A stretch of 64,000 bases of DNA from Xylographa opegraphella (taxonomy: Eukaryota). The stretch covers positions 248,001 through 312,000 of the forward strand of contig JALDZX010000019.1 of assembly GCA_022813865.1 (NCBI GenBank), read 5' to 3'. Shown here piece after piece: positions 1 through 12,207 of the stretch (positions are counted from its first letter, which is position 1; each line of letters opens with the position of its first letter). The translations under genes and the position numbers were made by a program. The notes beneath the pieces are model-generated. The model saw only the letters and a program-made list of their open reading frames with translations, did no database searches and had not been told where the DNA came from.

Positions 1-432
1 AGCTTGTTGGGTTATATTGTCGGCAAGCGGTTTCTTATCCTACTGCGGTGTAAACTTGTGCAACCTTATAGACGCCCTGAATTACATATATACATCATCT
101 ACAGTCTCGATAACCTGTACATCAAAGAGGTGCTCCGGAGCGCAGGAACCCCACTTCCTATAGTTGGGCTCAAACTCCACCCCGTTGAGATGGCCAATGA
201 CACTTGTCATGGTCACTGAGCAATTTCCCCATGGTGGCCCGAATGCGAAGTCAAATTCATAATTCTTCACGTATTGGTTTCCTTGAATGGATCGCTGCAA
301 GCTGATCAGAGAAAGTCTTGCCAAATCAAGTGCTTCCAGACCTACGGTATTGACATGTCCGCCAGCAAGGTGGTTGGCGACGGCTTTGGCAATCGCAGGC
401 TTTTCTGCAACGCAGAGGATCTTCTGAACCAT
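1..432 (-). CDS. TOP3: DNA topoisomerase III (type IA), 5' part; continues beyond the left window edge
   Basis: Spliced translation MVQKILCVAEKPAIAKAVANHLAGG...YVKNYEFDF...VTMTSVIGHL...DKKPLADNITQQA carries the type IA TOPRIM motifs (VAEKP, TSVxGH). Introns at about 296-345 and 40-93. Confidence 0.93.
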
Positions 433-809
433 TTCAGCTCTTTCGTCTTCCACGCACTCCAGTCCATCTCTTGGGTGGTATATCCGGCCGATGCTTCAGC
501 GTGTAGTCAACTATGCGACGGATTGACGCGATGCAGCCAGATGCGGTGTTGACGAATGTCCTCCGTACTAGTTTGACTTAGGTGTAGGGGAGCTAGACGT
601 GCAGGGGCATAGGCGAGCTATCCCTGATCCGGCACAGCAGCTCGTGCTCGGATGCGGCCGAAGGATGGCGCACAGATGCAGAGCTCTAATAAGTTACCTT
701 CGGCAAGATCCAAGATCTCGTTCGTCATCGTTTCCTTGTTCTTCGACGGCAGACTCGAGAGCAAGTTGCTTCGTCCACCAGAACCTGTGAACACAGTTCT
801 ACAGCGGAT

Positions 810-2004
810 ATGTCTCTCCCAACTGTTCAAACATTGACGGATTGCGCCGATTTCAGCAGGACTGTCCAACCATATATACCCCAGTTCTACGACTTGCCTG
901 CACAGATTCTACAGAACCTCTCGAGCCTCCAGGGTCTCAAAGACGTGTACCTGTCTACGAATCCATTAATCACCGCATTCTCTCTGTCCTTGTTCTTAGC
1001 GCCCGTGTTTCTGATCGCTGCAGAAATTAACCGGAATTATTCCCAAGTCGATCGGTTCTGGAGTCTTCTACCAACAATCTATAATGCTCACTATACTATA
1101 TGGGCACACGCAAATGGGTTGCCGACTGAGAGGCTAGATTCGATGCTTGCTTTCAGCACAATCTGGAGTGTATGTTCAATATCTGGGGTGGCATGAATCG
1201 ATACCAATGTGCATACAGGCTCGTTTAACTTATAACTATTGGAGGAAAGGTGGTTATAATATCGGTTCCGAAGATTACCGATGGGAAATCCTTCGCAAGC
1301 ACATCCCAGGACCCCTGTTTTTCGTTTTCGACGTCCTCTTCATATCTACTGCGCAGAGTGTAAGTTTGCACGAAAGGTGTGATCATCCGCGGCTGACTTT
1401 GAGAATAGGTCTTGCTATTTAGCGTAACGATGCCATCCTACATCCTCCTTCTCACGTCAAATATAACGGGTAAGAGCATTGCAACATTGGATATAGTATT
1501 CTCGCAAGGGCTGGTTGGTGCAGTTTTGATCGCTGCGATTGCCGATCAACAGCAGTGGAGTAAGCGTCTGCGAATCTGGAACAAAGGGCAATGCTGACGT
1601 TTTCAGATTATCAGAACGCCAAACAGGAATATCGGAGATCAGCTAAAGTTCCTGAGAATTACAGCCAAGAAGAGCTTGACCGTGGATTTAACACGAAAGG
1701 TCTGTGGGCGTATAGTCGTCACCCAAATTTCGCGGCCGAGCAGACGGGATGGGTCGGCCTTTACTTGTGGTCGTGCTACCTGACAGAGACATACTACAAC
1801 TGGAGTGGCGTTGGGGCCATTGGATATCTTATTCTGTTTCAGGCTTCCACCTGGTTCACCGAGCTCGTTACTGCAGGAAAATACCCACAGTATGCTGAAT
1901 ACCAAAAGAAAGTTGGAATGTTCGTAGCGGGGCCGCTTTCCGCATTATCTGGTGGTTTCGACGCGAAAGCAGCTGCCAAATTGGAAGATGAGAAGAAGAA
2001 GTGA
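810..2004 (+). CDS. DUF1295 / steroid 5-alpha-reductase-like membrane protein
   Basis: Motifs NYSQVDRFWSLLP, RLTYNYWRKGGY..GSEDYRW, ADQQQW, GLWAYSRHPNFAAEQ. Introns 1170-1218, 1360-1408 and 1560-1606 join the frames. Confidence 0.88.
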
Positions 2005-2644
2005 TCCAGATCAGCAAGGTGAATGCCTCAGGGACAAGTCATAGAATCCGCAGAATTGCCTTTTGGCTGAAGCAGTCCGTCTCATAATGGGCCTTGGGGA
2101 GTAAGCGGACAGGCGTCTTTGTGGTACAATAGCATAACTTTCCGTCCCCGTCTCACAGCACTCGAGCATTATAGCGAATGGTTTATGTCTTCGCCTGGTA
2201 AATAATCTATTTTGTCTAATAGTAAATAGAGCTGTTACGTCTCATTATTCTGATTGTGCAACAAAGACGCAATTTCAGCGGTTCGTTGAGATATCGTAAA
2301 AGTCTTTACCTTACTGTGCCATCCACCAGGAGAGGGGAGCAGGAACGATCATGGCACGAGCACGCGAGAGTCCAGTTAGGGTACGTCCTCAAGCCCGATA
2401 GAGCTTAGTGGCGGCTAGCATGGGTGTGCGTAGTAATCCGCGCCGAAATACAGATGCTTCCACTCGTCATTCACCAGCTTATGAAAACATTGCCTCTTGA
2501 TCCAACGCCCTCGGTCGTCTTTCAAACTATCAGAGAACTGACTATCCTGCTTGCCAATACCCGTGACTGTTCATAGGACGGATAGCGGTCACCTTTCCAG
2601 GAACGGCCTGCTCGGCCAACATTATCGAGAATTTGACCTCGATC

Positions 2645-5379
2645 ATGAATTCACTTCTGCGGCGACCAGGGAATCTCGCCAGACTTTCTCGCTCGACTTT
2701 AGAGGCCAGCTACCGCCCATATAATAATCTCACTCCTATACACCGCTCACAAATCGCCACTCATCGTATAAGGACATACGCCACCGTTCAGCCTGGGGAT
2801 CCCAAGGATCGCAAAGATAAAGATAATGGAGCTTCGAATGAAGACAAGAAGTCAGCCGCGGGCGCGAAAGGAGCACCTGGTAAAGCAGCGCCAGGCTTCG
2901 AACAATTTTACAACAACGCTAGTCCGCTTTCCCCCTCGCCCGAAGCTGGAAAGCCAGGTAATGGTGCACCAAAGCCGAAATTGACAGAAGATGAGAGGAA
3001 GGCTTTGGACGATCTCTTAAAAACTGTCAAGATGGGTCTGCCCACCGCTCTAGGAAATGATGTCGATAAAGCTTTTCAGGAGATCAAGGAGCATGGAATA
3101 CCGGCAGAGATTAGGGAAATAATGGATTCACTTAAGGGCGGTGCACCCCTTACTCTTGCCACGGCCGCCAGGCTAGTGAGACTTACCAACAAAATGGCAA
3201 GGCAAGCTGCGGAGAAAGTCACAAAGCAGAGCAGTACGAAGCAGGAACGCTCAACTTTCCAGTCTTCCTCTTCTAAAGAGGAAAGTAAGCAGGAGAAGAA
3301 GTCCGGCAAGGCAAGCTCCCCCACGGAGATCAAGATAGATGGAAGCACATTTTTAATTGCAGCTTTCACTGCGTATCTCTTCTACCGCCTTATTATTCCA
3401 TCAGAGAACTCGAGAGAGATCACATGGCAGGAATTCCGGACAACTTTCTTGGATAAGGGGCTGGTGGAGAAGCTCACAGTCGTAAATCAGACTCGCGTAA
3501 GGGTCGATGTTCACCGAGAGGCCACTGCACAAATGCACCCTGAATCGCCAGCTGTCCACGACAACTTTCATTATTATTTCACAATTGGCTCAGTGGAAGC
3601 CTTCGAGCGCAAACTCGATGATGCTCAGCAAGAACTCAATATCCCCAGTGCGGAACGGATACCAGTGGCTTACACCAATGAGGTACCCTTGGCATCAACG
3701 ATTTTATCATTTGGGCCCACACTACTGTTTATTGGATTCTTGCTCTGGTTCTCTCGAAGGGCTTCTTCCGGAGCGGGTGGAGGCAGCAGTGGTATATTTG
3801 GAATGGGCAAAAGTAGAGCGAAGAAATTTAACCATGAGACCCAGATTAAGATCAAGTTCAAAGACGTGGCGGGTATGGATGAGGCGAAGACTGAGATCAT
3901 GGAGTTCGTGAGCTTTCTGAAGGACCCAGGTCAATATCAACGGCTCGGAGCAAAAATACCGCGTGGTGCAATCTTGTCAGGACCCCCTGGTACTGGTAAG
4001 ACACTCTTGGCCAAGGCGACTGCCGGTGAATCACAGGTTCCATTCTTCAGCGTCAGCGGATCTGAGTTTGTTGAGATGTTCGTTGGTGTCGGTCCCTCCA
4101 GGGTCAGAGATTTGTTTGCAAATGCACGAAAGAACACTCCCTGTATCATCTTCATCGACGAGATCGATGCGATCGGGAAATCCAGGGCAAAACAGACCTT
4201 TGGTGGTGGGAACGATGAAAGAGAAGCCACACTCAATCAAATATTGACCGAAATGGATGGTTTCAATACATCGGACCAAGTTGTGGTACTTGCAGGTACC
4301 AATAGGCCGGATGTACTAGATTCCGCGTTGATGCGCCCTGGTCGGTTTGATCGACACATTGCCATAGACAGGCCAACAATGGAAGGACGAAAGCAAATAT
4401 TCCTGGTTCATTTGAAGAAGATTGTGACAAAGGAGGACATGGAAAATCTTACAGGCAGATTGGCAGCATTGACACCGGGATTTTCGGGTGCAGACATCGC
4501 CAACTGCTGCAATGAAGCTGCTTTGATTGGTAAGATATTTCGACTCTGCCACATCTTTTGGGTGATGCTGACCTGATTCTAGCTGCACGTACAAACGCAC
4601 AACACGTCGATTTGATACATTTCGAACAAGCGATTGAGCGTACTATTGGTGGTCTCGAGAAGAAGTCCCTCGTTCTCAGTCCCGAGGAGAAAAAAACAGT
4701 CGCATATCATGAAGCTGGTCACGCAATCTGCGGGTGGTATTTTAAATATGCCGACCCTCTACTTAAAGTCTCCATCATCCCCCGTGGGCAGGGTGCTCTT
4801 GGCTACGCTCAATATCTACCTGCTGGTGATACATACCTCATGAATGTTAATCAGCTCATGGACCGTATGGCAATGACTCTTGCCGGCCGTGTCTCTGAAG
4901 AGCTTCATTTTGATACGGTGACGAGTGGTGCATCAGATGACTTCAACAAGGTCACGCGAATGGCAACAGCCATGGTCACCAAATGGGGGATGTCCACCAA
5001 GATTGGTTACCTCTACTTCGAGGATGACGAGCAGCGTCTTCAAAAACCATTCTCGGAAGAGACCGCCCGCAATATTGATGGTGAAGTGAGGCGCATTGTG
5101 GATGAAGCTTACAAGCAGTGCAAAGAGCTGTTAGTGGAGAAAAAGAAGGAAATAGGATTGGTTGCTGAGGAACTTCTCAGTAAGGAGGTGCTGGGTCGGG
5201 ACGATTTAATCCGAATACTTGGCAAGCGACCCTTCGAAGACAACAAGGAGTTCCACAAATACTTCGGTGGTGGATCAGGAACGATAGGACCGCAACCACA
5301 ACCACCTGCTCCTCCGCCACCTCCACCACTTGGTGGCCCAGATATGCCAGCCCCTGCGCTCTTTAGGAGAAATCCTTAG
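2645..5379 (+). CDS. AFG3: Mitochondrial m-AAA protease subunit (AFG3/YTA12, FtsH family)
   Basis: Arg/Ser-rich presequence, two TM segments, Walker A GPPGTGKT, Walker [22 protein letters not shown], zinc motif HEAGH. One intron, 4530-4582. AFG3 versus YTA12 not resolved. Confidence 0.95.
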
Positions 5380-6114
5380 TTTGGCAACCACTATGAATTT
5401 TGCCTTTCGTTGCGATGTATGGCTTGAATAGCATAAGGGAGTTCCGAGCTAACCAGGTATTGTAAGCGTATTTGGGGATGGCTGCATTGGAGATCGGTTA
5501 GAGTTATTGTACATAGCGCTCTCGAAAAGAAAAACGTCACTCCATTTTCACGACCGCTGCAATGTCAGGCCTCATCTGATTGTATATTGTTTGTTGCCTG
5601 TGCTGATGAGTTTTCAGTATCTTTGGATAGTTCATAGTCATTTCAGTTGTTCTTCGCTTCATTGTCTCGCATATTGTTTTTGACCACTGCATTTAAGCGC
5701 AATGTGCCCAACAGTCCAATACAACCACATCTGCTTTTGTACGTTAAAGAACCCAGCTGCCAAACTCATTGAGACGTTCATTTCATGAAGAAAATGAGCC
5801 GCTGTCAAAAGCTTGTTTCACAACTTCGAGGACAATGCCGCTTTCGTCAACCACAAAGAAACTCCTGTCAGATCCAATCACAAAGACGACATGCAAGTCC
5901 TTAATCTGCATTTTTCAGCTTCGCCACAAAAGCATCTCGAATTCAATCAGTTTCTGCAAGCATCTCGTCCACCAAAGTTAACCAGCACGCTCCCAACACT
6001 CCATTGGTTACTTTGACGCTTTTCGACCATCTCACTACTTTCCACGCTTCTCGACCAACCACTTTGACGCTGATAGACACAAGACTTGCCACTTACCGCC
6101 CCACCTCGCCCCCG

Positions 6115-6831
6115 ATGGCCTATCCCATCAACCCCAACGCCCGCGCGCAGAGCACCTACGACGGCATATCCCTCCCCTCATCCACCGTCGCCACCGCCGA
6201 ACTGGCCACCTGCCACAGTCCCGACTCCTCGGACCCTCCTTCCGTGATCATAAACGGCTACGTCCCCACCCACCCCTACCACTTCTACCCCACACTCTTC
6301 CCCCCCCCAACCAGCGCCCTCCCCCTCCACCCCAGCCCCACCAGCCCCCTCGCACCCCTCTACCATACCGCCGTCCGCGCCGGCCAGCAATGGTCCGCAC
6401 ACCTAGAAACCTGGTCCGCCAGCACGCACGAGGCCCTCTCCCGACCGCCCCCGGACCCCCACCGCGCAGCTTGCAGCGACGACGTCCTGCACCCGCACCA
6501 CTTCCTGCCCTGGCTCTTCGACGAGCCGACCGAGTATCTCCCGCTGGTCGTGCCGTTCCACGAGCCGCTGGCGGGGCTGTACGAGGATACGCTGCGGGCG
6601 GGGCAGGAGTGGTTGCAGCTGCGGCGGGAGTGGGCGGTCGCGGAGGAGTGGGCGACGGGCCGGGCGGATGAGGAGAGTGGCTGGGTGGGCGAGGAGGAGG
6701 CGGCGGAGGCGGATGGGCTGTGGGAGCAGGAGAGGCTGGATGGGGAGCGGGAGGGGGATTATGCGGTGCTGGAGGATGAGTTGAGGAGGGAGTGGGAGAG
6801 GATGGATGAGGGTGGGAGTGAGGTTTCGTAA
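6115..6831 (+). CDS. Orphan protein with a two-copy 48-aa internal repeat and an acidic C-terminus
   Basis: Open 238-codon frame from ATG 6115. The two repeat copies keep amino acids while third codon positions differ, which argues for coding. Confidence 0.6.
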   Translation: MAYPINPNARAQSTYDGISLPSSTVATAELATCHSPDSSDPPSVIINGYVPTHPYHFYPTLFPPPTSALPLHPSPTSPLAPLYHTAVRAGQQWSAHLETWSASTHEALSRPPPDPHRAACSDDVLHPHHFLPWLFDEPTEYLPLVVPFHEPLAGLYEDTLRAGQEWLQLRREWAVAEEWATGRADEESGWVGEEEAAEADGLWEQERLDGEREGDYAVLEDELRREWERMDEGGSEVS

Positions 6832-7638
6832 GTAGTGTAGTGGAAGAGGGAGGGAGGGGTGGTTTTGCGTGGGTTGGTGGAGAGTGGGATGGGTGTTGGC
6901 TGGAGAGGGTTTGTGTTTTCATTGGGGTTCGAGAGATGTTTTTGGGATGTCTAAGTGTTGTCGAATAGCTTATGTCCTGGGAGCTGTGGTGGTGAGATGG
7001 AATAGATTCTTGGTTCTGATACGTACAATTTCTAATATACTATAATCAGTACCTTGTTTCCATGTGTCTCGGACGAATGGGTGGGTACCGTAGACAGCAT
7101 GCACTTCAAAATCACGATCGTGTCATTGAGCTTAGCGGGAGCTGGTGAGTGTTATTGTCCCTTGAGATGTTAGCTCGCGATATAATCTGTAGTTTTCGAA
7201 CCCCGACTCACAATATCTAGTACGAAGTCTACTTTCAAAAACGGTAAAAAGTCATGATCAGCTCAACGTCGAAAGAGGTAATAATCATATATGATCGGTG
7301 CCATGGCAGAGAAGAACCACCATTAGCGGCACAAGCGAAAGGAGATCTCGTACGAGGCACCAGGGACAAGAGTGAATTAGTCTTTTATTACTAAACAGCC
7401 TTTGCTAGAACCAGATAGAGAATCAGAGATATTATTACCGCCGTTGTACTAGCGTTGAAGTTGCCACATCCACTTACATATACACATGCCTTGAGATGAA
7501 AGACATTCTATTCACAATAATTACCTACCAGTAGGATTCAAAAGTCCGGAAAACCCGCTTCCAGATTGTAGAACATAGTTTTCGTGCTTGAAATAATATT
7601 AGTATATCCCAGAACACATCTTTGAGTTTAGGTCCGCC

Positions 7639-8271
7639 CTACCGGCACCGGGCAGCCCGTCTCCTGCATCGCTTGGAACGTTTTTCCTGAAGTGAATGCG
7701 ATCTTTGCGGGCGTTGACTGACCTGGGCTTCGCGCTCTGCTTGGATATGTCGCAAGAACGGAGAGCTGTCGAACCCGTTCTCGCTGAGCGAAAGACTTTT
7801 GTTCTCGTACGTTGTGACATAACCGGTCTCGTTATTGCGGTGGGCCAGGATTAGGATCGTGTAATCGGGGTCTCCACAAACCTGCCTCTCTTGAATTTGG
7901 TCCGCCATAGATCTATCTCGAGGGTCGAGGATCGACGTTTGGTATGACGTTGGTCCTGTGAATCGAGGCCACCGATAACCACTAGTCTCTACTTCGAGAC
8001 GTGTGATGATCGAGATTTCGAAATCGTAGATAATGCGTTGAGAATGCAATGCGGTCACATGCTGCTGTGGCCGCTCGTGAATTCTAACAGCGAGGCCATA
8101 ACCCTCGGTATCAAGGATGATTTTACGTTGACCCCCAGTGCAACTAATATCGGAACAGAATCGACCGTCGCAAGGTTCCAGATATATATCAAACCCACCA
8201 AAACGGCCCAAACCAGGAATCTCAACAAGCAGATGAATATCACTATATGGATACCATTGTTGGGCTTCCAT
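7639..8271 (-). CDS. Hypothetical protein (210 aa)
   Basis: Only ORF length and ordinary composition; no motif recognised. Confidence 0.3.
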   Translation of the reverse strand: MEAQQWYPYSDIHLLVEIPGLGRFGGFDIYLEPCDGRFCSDISCTGGQRKIILDTEGYGLAVRIHERPQQHVTALHSQRIIYDFEISIITRLEVETSGYRWPRFTGPTSYQTSILDPRDRSMADQIQERQVCGDPDYTILILAHRNNETGYVTTYENKSLSLSENGFDSSPFLRHIQAEREAQVSQRPQRSHSLQEKRSKRCRRRAARCR

Positions 8272-9243
8272 GACCCCGAAGGTCTTCTGGTTGGCAGCTA
8301 TGTTGTTGGGCTAGAGGGCTCGAATGAGATTGTGGCGGTTGAAGATAATCGTTTGAGTGTGATTGAATCAGAGTCGCATGTAAGGAAATAACATCTGTAC
8401 CGTATGCATAGAAATTGAAGCAGAAGCAGTAGGCGTGGTGATAATAATTGCAAGCCCCCGATAACAAAACAAGCGCACAGAGAGAACAAGGGGATACTTT
8501 ACCCAACAAAAAGCATACAATGCCATGCCCAGTCTTTGTAGGTGGACATAGCATTGTTTCTTTTGCGCAGAAATAATACCATTCTTCCCAAATAGCAAAG
8601 CGTTGTTCCCCAAATGAAGACAAGGAAGTCGTTAACATGTTGTTGGTCTCGTTTGAAAGCAGAAAAACAAAAGCCAAGGCCGAATGGCGTTTGGAGATTG
8701 CTAGCTTCAACTTCAGTACTAGCACTCGAGGAACCCCGGGGTGTAATATGCATCAGTCCATGTTCCTGCATGGGAGAGATTGAAAAGATTCCAAGTACTT
8801 CAATTTCGAATGGGGGAATACCAACTTAGTATAGCGAAGTTAGTCCGGAATAGGTTCTATGAGCGGAGTTGCAAAAGGTTTCTGTTAACTTACCACGCTC
8901 CTTGATAAAACGTCGACGTACGGTATGAGGCCTATCGATCATCCATGGCGAGCTTATTCAACGACCAAGATATATGACAAAGAACCTTTTATTCAACGGA
9001 GTACAAGGCCATGAAGACAACACTACAAAGTGTACAATCTCTGTACACAAAGCGATGACAATGAAAGGTTGCTGACAATAGATGCACACTCAACGGACTC
9101 TCCCCTAGATAAGACGCCTTCAAGCAGAAGGATTCCTCGGCTTGTGCTTCAGTTATCATCTCAGCTTACATTCTTGGATTCCAAACTCTCTCGTTGACCG
9201 AGTGTTCTAACTATTTATTTTCAACTTCACCACTAATCTCAAG

Positions 9244-9492
9244 ATGTGTAAGCAAATCCACGATTATTACGACCGGTGCGGACATTGGGGAGAGGAGTAC
9301 AAGATTGTATCCTGCCCATACAGTACCTCGTGCGGCAAGATTCTCGAGAAAGAAAAGAACAAGATCGATGATTTTTGTCCGTATTGTCAATTTACCAACA
9401 TGGCTAACCCAATAATCTTTGTGCAGCCCATACGTAAGCAGATCTTGTCCGAATCGATTTTAGATATCTATAGGGGCAGAAATATAAAATAA
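9244..9492 (+). CDS. Small Cys/His-rich putative zinc-binding protein (82 aa)
   Basis: MC-x9-CGH-x9-C-x5-C-x14-CPYC pattern; good start context (caagATG) after a pyrimidine-rich leader. Confidence 0.55.
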   Translation: MCKQIHDYYDRCGHWGEEYKIVSCPYSTSCGKILEKEKNKIDDFCPYCQFTNMANPIIFVQPIRKQILSESILDIYRGRNIK

Positions 9493-10016
9493 AATGAACC
9501 AAGAGACTAGGGACATCAACCATTGGGACGTGAACTCGAACAAGGAGGTTTCTATATCAACTCAGCTTTGTGATGCTTACATCGAGTTCATTTTTTAGCT
9601 GTGATATTGCGAAATAACCAGTTCCGTGTAGGTAGACTAGTGTAGTGGTTTACAGTAGCACTCGTAGTTAGCAGAGCTGGAAGTTAGTAAGTATCATATA
9701 GAGATACTAGAATTGTGCGACTAGAGATAGGTAGAATGCTGAGATACGCGGTATGAGTGATTGAGAATGTACCACGTACCTTGGATACTAGGTAGCCTGT
9801 CCTCAGTCAGCATCGCGAACATTCTGTGGGTTAGAAGAGAAGTGGTCAGTGCGTTTGTGTGCCAAGCAATGCGCAAGTGTCCTCTTTTCTCAACGTGTCA
9901 ACCAGCTGAAGTAATATATAATCGTCTTTGGAAACACCACTGTCCAAGCTTCCTCAAGGCCATCCAGATATTGTATCGTTTCCACTTTGAGCTGCTGGAG
10001 CCTTGCAAATATCAAG

Positions 10017-10731
10017 ATGGCTCTCAATCCTCAGATGTGGGTACAAATCGCTCGTTCCCGATTATTCCTTGTGCATTGGAAAGAATGATCACTAACAGCG
10101 CTTGCTTGCTTGCAGAACCAACTTGGTCATCATCCTTGGGATGATGCAAGTGTCTAAAAAGATTCCTTTCGAAGATCCCCAGGTGCTCATGGCGGTGCGA
10201 GCACTATACATTGTCTCCAACCTGATCATTATTGCCCTCAACCTTTATATGACTCGAGTCATCAATACCAAGAAAGGTATGCCGTGCTGATATATGCACC
10301 AGGAATGTGTTAGCAAATTCTAACGTAGCTCTGTAGATATGACCACCCTCAAGTATGTGGAACCCGCTCCTATGGGCTCTTCGGAAGAACCAAAACTTAT
10401 CACGACCACCGTGCACTCATACGACTTGCAACAACTGCGATCTGGCTGGAAAGGACTTCTGATGGGCGTCGGCATGATGGGCGTGATGCATCTGTACATG
10501 AAGTACACGAATCCACTGCTCATCCAATCTATAATCCCGCTAAAGGGGGCATTCGAGAGTAACCTGGTTAAAATCCACCTATTTGGACAGCCTGCCATTG
10601 GCGATTTGAAGAGACCATGGAAAGCTGCTGGTGGTATGATGGGTATGGGTGGAGGAAGTGAACCAAAGGCCGACAAGAAGAGTATTGAGGAGGCTGAGAA
10701 GGCTGGCCGCGGTGGTGTCAAGGAGGAATAA
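10017..10731 (+). CDS. PHO88: Pho88/Snd3 ER membrane protein (SND targeting pathway)
   Basis: MALNPQITNLVIILGMMQVSKKIPFEDP...DMTTLKYVEP...MHLYMKYTNPLLIQSIIPLK...GDLKRPWK. Introns 10037-10115 and 10277-10336. Confidence 0.93.
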
Positions 10732-12207
10732 GATGCTATCGGTGTAATCCACGGTACGAAACAGGGTGCAGAGGAATGCGGGGATAGATACAGTGTTTAT
10801 ACGGAGTCTATAACATTGAGCACATCAGACGTTTCCGTTGTGCCTATATCAGTGGCTGTACCAACAAGAACAGACATAGCAGATGTATGTAGATGAGAGT
10901 GCCCGCTTTGGATAATTGTGTGGTTGGACTCTACAAAATGCTGCATACTCGATGAGCAGTTGTACAGATTCCTCAACGTGGCAAGCCTTTGTATTGGGCC
11001 CGAACTATCCTCATAATTTCATGCCTGCTGCAACCCTGTACCTCTATGAACGTATGCCGACTTACCAAGCGAAATGCCCCTATATAACCGGTGACCCGTT
11101 CTTCGCAATGCTCCGATCTGCTTGTAAATCCACGAGGCTCTGGATTTAGTGCCACATACTCACGATAATGTCGATGTTAGCAAAAGATCTTGGGCCGTTG
11201 AAATGAGTCGGCCCGAAATTCGTTGAATCGCCAATCATCCCCGAGGATCCATCCGCTTGATTCTCATTAAAGGATCGCTGCGGCATCCCAGTGAACGAGG
11301 TAGTACGATTCGGCTCTGGCAACAACTCCATGACTGTGAAATTGTATTTCAGAGTCTTGCAACCAGTGCGTCATCCATCGTTGAAGCGCGTCCAACTCCA
11401 GGATTCATATTCTCAGGCGGCTACGACGAGGTACCAACAAATGTTCCAGTACATCTAATCTGAGCATGACGCATACATGATTTTATATCTTGCAGTAACT
11501 CGAGTACATAATTTATTTATCCAACCCCAAACTGTAAAATCTTGTTGCTGCGTTTTCCAAGGCAACGTTCCGTTCTCGGTCATGTGTGACCCGTATCAGA
11601 CATCAGTTGGCGCATTTTCAATAACTTTGACAGATGCTCCTGTGGGTGTTGAGGTTAAATGGCTTAGATATGGGTACTTTGACTGTGAGTGTGTAGGGGA
11701 TAAGTTTTGGAACAGGGAGGTTGAGATGATGGGGCTTGCTGTATGTAGCTATTGAGGGAGCGAGCAATGTGGTAGACGAGGCTTATGGAATGATGAGCTA
11801 AACCTTGCTATATACTCCATAATCTACCTATACAGGACTTGCTGCTGAAAAGTCAATTACCTGCACCCCAGATATACCCGTTGTACCGTAATCACAGAGG
11901 TACCGATTTGAGAACTTAGGCGCTGGCGCTGCAATGCCAAGTTAGCTCTAGCGCTTCGCTCTGTAAATTCTACAGCACGTGACCGGCATCGCGAGTCCGA
12001 GGCTGGCACGCTGATGCCGCAGCTGAAACGCAATCCTCAGGTCTCAATTTACATTTTGAGTGGCATCTAACCGCCAAAGGCGCTTCCTAGATAACAACTT
12101 TGATGACTACCTCCGCTCTTCGCCGCCTCGTGTGATGTGTGGTTGTTCCAGTGCTTGCTCCAGTCCACTCACGTCAAATCGGCCCGAAGCGGCTATTCAT
12201 AGCCGAC

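Noticed and set aside
10900..11760. Short ORFs between PHO88 and the CorA-like gene
   Set aside because: No motif or coherent exon chain found.
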